Below are positions 55,262-64,000 of a stretch of DNA of 64,000 bases, piece after piece. Origin of the DNA: Octopus vulgaris. Its lineage: Eukaryota. Both the position numbers and the translations under genes were made by a program. The notes under the pieces are model-generated. The model did not search any database. It was not told where the DNA came from and worked only from the letters and a program-made list of their open reading frames with translations. Positions within the stretch are counted from its first letter, which is position 1. Each line of letters begins with the position of its first letter. The stretch lies in contig OX597819.1 in assembly GCA_951406725.2 (NCBI GenBank), positions 26,784,001 to 26,848,000 of the forward strand, read 5' to 3'.

Positions 55262-56846
55262 TTGATGCGTGAATGTAGGCAGGAGATATTTAACTTAAAC
55301 TTCTTTCTTAGCTGAAGAAGAGATATTATTACATATTGCGGTAATTGTTAACGATTGTGAAAGAAAAAAATTAAGGAGCGAACATTTCAAAAACAGAAAA
55401 ATTACTTTAGTTCTAATTTACATCGTATGGTGCATAAATAGATATTGATTTATTTAATGAAGAAACTTCAAGAGTATAAATATACAGATTAAGCTAGCCA
55501 CTAATCATTTCAGTCTAATGCATGACTGCTTTTATGCAGCTGATTAATTGGGAAAGGAAGATGAGTTCATGTTCGTTGAGGAGGGGTGAAGATATTGTGA
55601 AACGGTCCCTGAGATTTCACCATCCTTCTTTTTCTGCACATCAATAAGTATTGTAGGAATGTATTTATATTCTTATTTAATGCATATTGTGGCTTTGTTA
55701 TATTTTAATTTATTTCACGTCTGATTCACGCTCTTTCCGCGTAAGTAAATATGCACTCAAAGTAGATGTCGTACTATCGGCACATTTGAGTTATTCTACT
55801 TATCACATATTATTTCTCAAATTATGTAAATTATACAAATCGAAAATTATTTGTCAATTTTTTATATAATGTGAAATGTTTTGTTTAGTGATCATTCACA
55901 TTGAATCATCTAGAGAGAGCTAATAGTTCGATACAATGAATGGCACACTGTACAGAATACAAGGATCGAACCGTCCTTCCCCTCAGAAATGTAAACTAAC
56001 TTTGAATAATTATTTCTTTGAGTCTTTGAGTTAACTCCACTTATCTTTGAAGCTCGCTAACAATTGCCGCGGGGTCTTTGTATTCATTCTTCAACTAAGA
56101 GGTAAATTTCAATTAATTAAGAATTTATGTGCGACATTCAGTACGTCACAATTTAATTTATTTAATCTTCATTCATGTCTTTTGTTCATTTGACACACCT
56201 ACTTTCATACACACACGCATGCATTTTTTTTTCTTTTTGCCGTTTATCGATTTTATTTTACGCAGTTTCTTTGTTCATTATCTTTCTTTCTTCAATATCT
56301 TGATTTATATATCACTTGTATATTTCTTATATTAAGTTTGGTTTTGTGAAACAAGAAACAACTAAATATAAGATAGAACAACTGTAAGATAAGATAGAAC
56401 AACAGCAACAGCAAGAACAACAAGATTGTAATGGAAAAGTAGTTAATGCAATTATATTATTATAATATAGTCTGAAAAAGCAGCTGGGACTTCGTTAATA
56501 ACACAAATAATCCAGTCAAGAGAGAAATATCTTAATGATAACCGTTACTGCTGTCTCTTCATAATATTAAGATATATTCTACCAGAACTAAGTTTTAGCA
56601 AACCTTCTATGGAGAACCTAATTACTAATTAATTCTGAATCTTTCTTTAGATATTCGATAAATTAAATTAAAATGCATTGAAAATTTCAAAAAACAAATT
56701 AATTAAATTGAATTGATAATTAATATCTTTTATATCTTTTACTTGCCAGGAAGTATTTTCACTTATATTTTGTTTTAGCTTTCTTGGAATGTTTACCAAT
56801 GGATTTTAAATCTCTTTTATCTTTTTACATGTGATGTTTTGTGTGC

Positions 56847-56941
<95 letters not shown>

Positions 56942-57178
56942 CATGTATGCGCATGTGTATACAGGTGTCATAAAAAAGATAAATGATAAAACTTGAAGCT
57001 CTTCGTATAAAGTACCGATATTTATCTGAGGATTTAAAATGATTTTCAAATAGAATAAAATTTTCTTGAGCAAACATGTAACTTTTTTATGTGAATATAA
57101 TATAATCGATTATTAAAGTCTTTAATTGCTTTATTTTTTAGAAACTTCTTATACGAATTATTCTCTCTCTCTCTTTCC

Positions 57179-57229
<51 letters not shown>

Positions 57230-57548
57230 CCTAACACACACACACAAACATAGATACGTACATACATAAATATACACACACATATATACATCAAAGAAAG
57301 CAACAAGGATATCCAGATCGTATGATCGTTTCATGCGACTGTATTTAATTGAACAATGTATTCATTTTATTACATCAATTTAAAATGTAGAGCAATCTTC
57401 AGCTGCACAAAGGCATAGAACTTAATTAAATTAGAAGGACACAGTATAATTTAACCTAAAATCTCAAAGAGGATAAGGAGATAGACAAAGAAAATGTTTT
57501 ACCAACAACATCATAGTTGTAACTAAGACTCATATATATATGTATATA

Positions 57549-57607
<59 letters not shown>

Positions 57608-58529
57608 CCACAAAAATATTAGCAACAGTACACAAACATGCACTAAACACACATATATAGATGCATAATCGCGTATATTTTATATTGCCATACATAAAGG
57701 CCTTTGTATATTGCATGAAGTAGTACTTAATACAAAAATTTAGATTGTGCAACTTATTTCGACAAAGAGTAATGTTAATAGTGACTTCAAATTTTCGCTA
57801 TCTACGTAACTTTAAACTCACTGTAAGTATTTTCTTTGGAGTGAATGAGTAACCTTTTTTCTAAACAGAGCACTCCTTCACGTACAGGTTTAGGGGAATT
57901 TCCATCTCCCATCTGGAGATCACTCTGAACTCGCTATTGCGAAATCCGTCTCCGCGAAAGACAATCGTACTCTATGAATTTGTACACCCTTTTAATGAAC
58001 GTCAAGCCCCTGGCAGCTGACGAACCTGATGTAATATTCTAGTTTTCTTTATCTTACACAGGAGGGCAGAGTAGTTAATCCCGGCCACCCATACAGAATA
58101 TAGTGTAACCATGCTGATCATCCAGCTTCAGTTGCAATGAATTTAGATTCTTCCAACGTACAATGCCTGCAGCAAGTAGTGAGTTAATAATCTTCTGAAC
58201 GACCACTGAGCCACTGACTCTCATCAACATTCAAACATAGCCTGTGTAGTACCCAAGACAAGGAAATCATGTTACTGAATACAAACATACAGCACCACGT
58301 GGCCTAAGCTCGCCAATAGAGACTTAACATCTAGAAGCCATCTGAAACTTTGCTTAAATTTCTCTCTCTTTTTGTATCTGATGAGATGGAGTCGTCCCAT
58401 GTACCAAGGAAACTTGAAGTCATACAGAGCTGATTCAAGTATTTATCATGCGCGCGTGCGCGCAGGTGTTTGTCTATGTTGTGTGTGCATGTGTGTATGT
58501 ATTTGTATTCGTGCATGTGTGTGTGCGTA

Positions 58530-59823
58530 TACGAGGGACGTTCAATAAGTAATGCCTCTGACCCACTTGCAATTGTTTGATCTAGCTGAAATTTTGCATG
58601 TGCAATTATTTATATCTCTATAGAGTAAGTGGTAAATTACAGCTCTGAATTAATTGTGGTTTCTGATTTACAGGTGTTTGAACCGAGTCAAGTGTGAAAT
58701 GGAGCCTGTTGAGTGTCGAGCAGTGATCCGGTTTTTGTATTTGAAAGGACGCACACCACGGGAGACTTTTGATGAAATGAAAGTAACTTATGGTGATGAT
58801 GCCCCATCATATGACCTTGTAAAACGCTGGCATCGTGAATTCAAACATGGTCGGAACTCTGTGGAAACACCTCCCATATCTGGTCGCCCCCTTCTGCCAT
58901 TGATGAGGCATCTGTCCGTCAAGTTGAGGCTGCCATTTTGGAAGATCGACGCATAATTATTCGCCAAATAGCCCATGAGGTCAAGATTAGTACCGGGTCT
59001 GTGGAAACTATCATTCATGACCATTTGCATATGCAAAAAGTGTCTGCCAGATGGATTCCCAGGTTGCTCACGCCTTTCCAGAAGCAAGAACGCGTCGAGT
59101 GCTCGAGGGTGAATTTGGAGATGTGCCAAGAAGATGAGTCAAAATTTTTCAAAAGACTGATTACACAGGATGAAACCTGGGTCCATCACGATGATCCAGA
59201 GACCAAAGCCCAGTCAATGCAGTGGAAGCACCGTGACTCACCCTCTCCAAAGAAGGCAAGGGTGCAGCCCTCCGCTGGCAAGGTCATGCTCACAGTCTTC
59301 TGGGACCAGGACGGAGTAGTGATGACAGATTTCCTGGCAAAGGGTACCACAATTGCAGGAGCCTATTATGCTTCACTTTTGAGAAAATTAAGAGAAGTTA
59401 TCAAAATCAAGAGGCGGGGCAAGATCAGAAAAGGCATCCTCCTCCTGCAGGACAACGCTCCGGTCCACAACTCACTTGTCGCCAGATCAGAAGCACAGGC
59501 ATATGGCTATGAACTCCTCCCCATCCCCCCTACTTTCCTGACCTTGCACCCTCTGATTTTCACCTCTTCCAAATCATGAAGTTGTTTTTGAAAGGAAAGC
59601 GTTTCCCAGATGATGTAGCCTTGATTTCTGAAGTCACGTTGAGGTTGGAGGACCAAGCTGGGTTCTTCTACAAAACGGTCTCCAGAGCCGCATCAAACGA
59701 TGGGAGAAATGCGTAACTCTGGGTGGTTGCTATGTAGAAAAAGACTAATAACTGTGCCAAGTTTCGTTGCTCTACTGCTATGGGAAGTGGGTCAGAGGCA
59801 TTACTTATTGAACGCCCCTCGTA
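58530..59823 (+). mobile_element. Full-length mariner transposon (~1.29 kb, irritans-like) with TA TSD
   Basis: TIRs ta-cgagggacgttcaataagtaatgcctctgacccactt / aagtgggtcagaggcattacttattgaacgcccctcg-ta. Confidence 0.95.
58699..59748 (+). pseudogene. Mariner D,D34D transposase with about three frameshifts
   Basis: MEPVECRAVIRFL...; WIPRLL, TQDETW, SAGKVM, QDNAPVH, YFPDLAPSDFHLF, RWEKCV...YVEKD*; shifts near 58890, 59525 and 59672. Confidence 0.93.
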
Positions 59824-60197
59824 TGTATGTGTGTGTGTAAGTGTGAGTGTGTCGGTGAAGAGTGTGAACAGATCACTGATACTCAAAGAAATTATACATA
59901 TAATAGAACAAGGTGCTTCTGGATATTTGCACTTGATCCCGTCTCAGACATTGGCTAATCACTCTCACTACTCAAAATACGGTGAAGAGATTGGACTTGA
60001 AGAGAGTTCTAACCAACGACGCTCTCCTTCATCAATTGCAATGTAAAATGCAGAGTCAGTAGTAAACTCAGAAAGAAGAGCTTTTGGGCCTGAAATATGA
60101 ACATTTTTGTAAGACTTTCCGCACTGTCAGAAGCTTTCATATTTTCCCTCTTCTTTCCCTTCACGTAAATACATACATATATATATATATATATATA

Positions 60198-60402
60198 GTT
60201 AATTCAAACAAGAAAACACAAAAAAACACAACAACGCGAGACGTGGAACAAATATAGTATTATTGGACGCTCAGGACAGAAGGGAAGAAGGAGGGTTTAA
60301 CGTTTCGAGCGGAGCTCTTCGTCGGAAACATAGGAGAAGGAAAGATCCCGAGAAGGGAAGACAGAGGAAAAAATCGCCAACGGTACACTCGAGGTCACAT
60401 TG
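60198..60402 (-). mobile_element. Family F element with hammerhead-like motif
   Basis: Minus strand GTTT-CCGACGA-AGAG-CTCCG-CTC-GAAA-CGTT-AAAC at 60295-60329; homologous to 6930-7138. Confidence 0.78.
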
Positions 60403-60411
60403 ATTGATTGA

Positions 60412-60600
60412 TTTCAAATCCTGGCACAAGGCCTGCAATATTGAGGGAGGTAGTTAGTCGATTACATTAACTGGTACTTATTTTATCGAGCCCAAACGGA
60501 TGAATGGCAAAGTCGAACTTGAACTCAGAACGTAAAGACGGACGAAATAACGTTAAGCATTCTGCCCGACTGCTAACGATTCTGCCGGCTCGCCGCCTTT
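60412..60600 (-). mobile_element. SINE family B
   Basis: ggtacttattttatcga...gaactcagaacgtaaagacgg...ctcgccgcctt. Confidence 0.8.
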
Positions 60601-60627
60601 ACATACATATATATATATATATATATT

Positions 60628-60830
60628 GGCAAATCAAAAATAAAACCAAGAGCTGGGAAAACAACAAAAAGTAAGAATACCGTACACAGTGAATGTATTA
60701 GACTGATGCTCAGAGAAAGTTTAAGATGGAATAAAAAACGTTGCGTGTGACGTTTCGAGCATGGCTCTTCGTCAGAAAGTTTGGAGAGAAGAAAATGAAT
60801 AGTCTGAGGAAAGGACGTGTTCCCTTACAG
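60628..60830 (-). mobile_element. Family E/F-related element with canonical hammerhead core
   Basis: Minus strand CTGACGA-AGAGC-CAT-GCTC-GAAA-CG-TC at ~60749-60775; helix I weak. Confidence 0.6.
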
Positions 60831-61203
60831 TGTAAATTAGAAGACATGTAATAATGCCTCATATCACTCAAAACTAGGTATTAGTCAAAACTACTTATTA
60901 CTATTCAAGATATAAGTAAAAATTAGATATTAGTATTCGACAAAGTTAAATTTTTTATCAGTAGCATTTTCTTCAAATACTTCTTTTTCACTTTTCCGAG
61001 ATCAATACAACAACATACCAGGTAAACACTAAGATTCCATATAATCAATATAATCGTCTGTATCCTTACACCAAGATGGTGACCTAGTGCCTGTGTACAA
61101 ATAAATTCTTTCTTTATTTGAATATATGTTTCCAATCTCATAGATTTTTCAATCCACCCCTACCTTGTTTCCCCTCATTTACCCCCCACTCTATGTTTCT
61201 TCC

Positions 61204-61236
<33 letters not shown>

Positions 61237-61697
61237 TTTCTCTTTCTATCCCAGTTTCTTTCCCATTCTCTTCTCTATCTTGCCCGTAACACTTACTTAT
61301 CGTTTTGTCATTCTCACACTGGTCATTTACATAACAGTAAAAATAGTTTGTATGATATGTTTTTCGTGATGTGCTTTAGCATATGTCATTGATATTCAAA
61401 ACAAATATTCGTCATGTTTTCTGGTCACACATACAGTTAGTCGAGACACGTGTTGGCTTCCCTGTAAGCATCTCCCATGTTTTCTTAAATATGAACAGAT
61501 GTTTCCCTTTATTTTTTGGTCAGTTGTGAATAATTAGCTACAACGCACACGTTTATTCAATCTTTATTTACTTCGCTGTATGTGTAGTATTGATACTCCA
61601 CATGCAAACAAAATAATACAACCCCTCACACAGGCATGCCTGCAGGCACACACACACACACACACAAACACAAACACAAACACACACACACACACAT

Positions 61698-61747
<50 letters not shown>

Positions 61748-62571
61748 ATGTATGTATATTATAATGGAATGATTACTATGAAGCATTCTGTAGAATATAT
61801 TGTATAAAAGATTGTAGGTAAGGCCCAAAAAATGCGAAGTAAATGCAAGGTAAATCACAAGAACACAAACATGTGAATTAATGTTGACTTACATTGTATT
61901 CAATATTTCTGGGTCATGACCCCATTTCCTGGAGGTCATTTATTTCTTGTGATTTACTCTGCATTTTCTCTCCCTGCTCGCCGCGTTCTCAGATCACTCC
62001 TACAATGACACAAGCGCTAAGTTGCATCGACCTTCGTTACCAACCTTCGTTCTGAATGAACATCAGCGGCGGGGAGTTGACAGAAATGCAGGAGAAGGAA
62101 ACTGCCACACCTATTCAAATAATATTGTTAGAGGTTATTCGAGGAAATGTAAAAATACAAGTATGTGCAAATATATACTGAACCTTGAGGGCTTGAGTTC
62201 CTATATATTCAGCATTACAATCTTTCACCAGAGAACGTAAATGAATAACGGATTTAGCTCTTCTGGAAGTCTTTACACAATGCTCCATATATTATTATTG
62301 ACCCCACCAGATTTTATGATATGGCGATTATCCTTGTGTTTATTGGACTATTTTCTGGTGGAAATTAAATCTGTTTTCATGTTATTAATAATTGGTACAT
62401 GTTTACGTAATGGATACTTACATCTATAGTGCTGATTATTCAGAATAACATTAGTCTGAAAAGAACCTTAATTTTTAACCTCTTTCGTTTTTGAATTGTT
62501 TGGGGAGACATTTTTCTGTGTGTGAGGGTGGGAGGGTAGCATTTTTCGGACCCTCTCTGTGGAGAATGGTT

Positions 62572-62781
62572 TCAAATTTTAGAATAATGCCATTAATTTC
62601 GGGAGAAGAAAGTACGTGGAGTACATCAACCCCAGTATTCAACTGGCACTTATTTTATCGATCTCGAGAGGACAGAAGGCAAAGTCAGCCTCGGCGGAAT
62701 TTGAACTCAGAACGCAAAATGGACGAAATGCTGCTAAACATCTTATCCGGAATGCTAACGATTCTGGCAGCTCGCTGCCTT
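62572..62781 (-). mobile_element. SINE family B
   Basis: cttattttatcga...cctcggcggaatttgaactcagaacg...gctaacgattctggcagctcgctgcctt. Confidence 0.8.
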
Positions 62782-64000
62782 TTTCTCTGTTGACATTAAG
62801 GAGAGTTGTTTACTCGCAGAACATAATATACTTATAGATTGTCTTCAACCATATATTTACGCTGTATGATAATCTCTATAATGATAAGATTCATTAATTA
62901 CCTTGACATAAAACTAGACGTGAGCACAGACAAACAATACTTCTCCCAAAAAGTAAGAAAAAGAAACAGTATATATGGATAGATGCTCAAAACCGCCATC
63001 TCACAACCATAGTAAAATTTGAAGCTAAGTATATGAAGAATAATATCAAAACTTTCACCAAACAGAATATATTTCCAAAACCTCCCATTGCAAAGCTATA
63101 TTACCAAGAATCGGCTACAAGGAAAATTGAAATAAATGAAACGCCCCATGAACCAAAAATAAAAGCGAAAGGAAAGAAATCGTGTGATACAATCCACCAG
63201 ACAATATGACAGTAGCTGCGAATCCACAAATCTTCCTATCTTGAAGTGTGCTCTACTACACATAACTGCTACGAAATTTAATAATAAAACACATGAAGAA
63301 GAGATACAGTTGCTCAAATGATATAGACTTCCTTTCCATTGAATTGTATATTTTCTAATTACCATTCTATAACATATTTTTCTGCATCGTATATTCAGTC
63401 ACTTCGTTTCTGCTGCACTAAATAATCCAAGCAAAAATGTGTGTATGGCAACATTCCATGTTCAGTTCAATGGCTTGCATTCTACTTTACGCTTTTCTAC
63501 ATCCAGTTTTTAAAGACCGTATAACTTCTCTAGTTTTATCTTTCTATATTCTCTCATACAAAGGAGACACGTGGTCTGAGAGATAATAATTACAACGCTT
63601 CTTCTGTCGATATGGCTATTATGCTGTATTTGAAATATCAATGTTTCACTGAATTAAGGGTTTATCCGTTTATAAACTATCCGTTTAATAATGCCTTCGG
63701 TGTAAAACCGGGCAGTTTAAAACCATCACATTTCACAGGGGTGGTGTTAGTGGCGCACTCACTTTGACAAGCATCTGGATAAGGCCTCAATTCCGAGGAT
63801 AACTTTCGCCTTTTCTTCCGGCAATTATGTAGATTCTGAACACGGTCGTAGTCTCTATACTTTCCTCGTTTAATCCAGATAAACAATAATAAAACTTTAG
63901 AATATCGTTTTCTGTGTGGATGATTTCAATATATGGTTTCCGTTGATTGATTGTAAAATGCATTGAAATCCGCCAGTTTCAATGTACGTTAGTAACAAGT

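Noticed and set aside
63677-63886. Minus-strand ORF with a GTGAGT donor-like site at 63757-63762
   Set aside because: No recognisable homology or clear acceptor; cannot be called an exon

Overview
AT-rich eukaryotic DNA made almost entirely of microsatellites ((TA)n, (CA)n, (GATA)n, (AAT)n, (TC)n) and transposon relics. The SINE repertoire and microsatellite density are most consistent with an octopus (coleoid cephalopod) intron or intergenic region; this is an inference. No host protein-coding exon can be called with confidence, and nearly all listed ORFs are microsatellite artefacts. Recognisable elements: four tRNA-derived SINE families (one with a Deu/Nin-like domain), a full-length frameshifted mariner, Tc1 and DD37D/maT remnants, an internally deleted L1/Tx1-type LINE, two non-autonomous Helitrons and a possible piggyBac relic. 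The main unexplained signal is about 16 hammerhead-ribozyme-like motifs (CUGANGA...GAAA...NUH, mostly minimal or dimeric type I) in at least six short repeat families. These sit in (TA)n tracts, often inside inverted repeats. They include a retrozyme-like 351-bp circularly permuted unit and a family with a conserved non-canonical CUGUNGA core. The window also has many fold-back inverted repeats. Coordinates were read by eye and may be off by a few bases.
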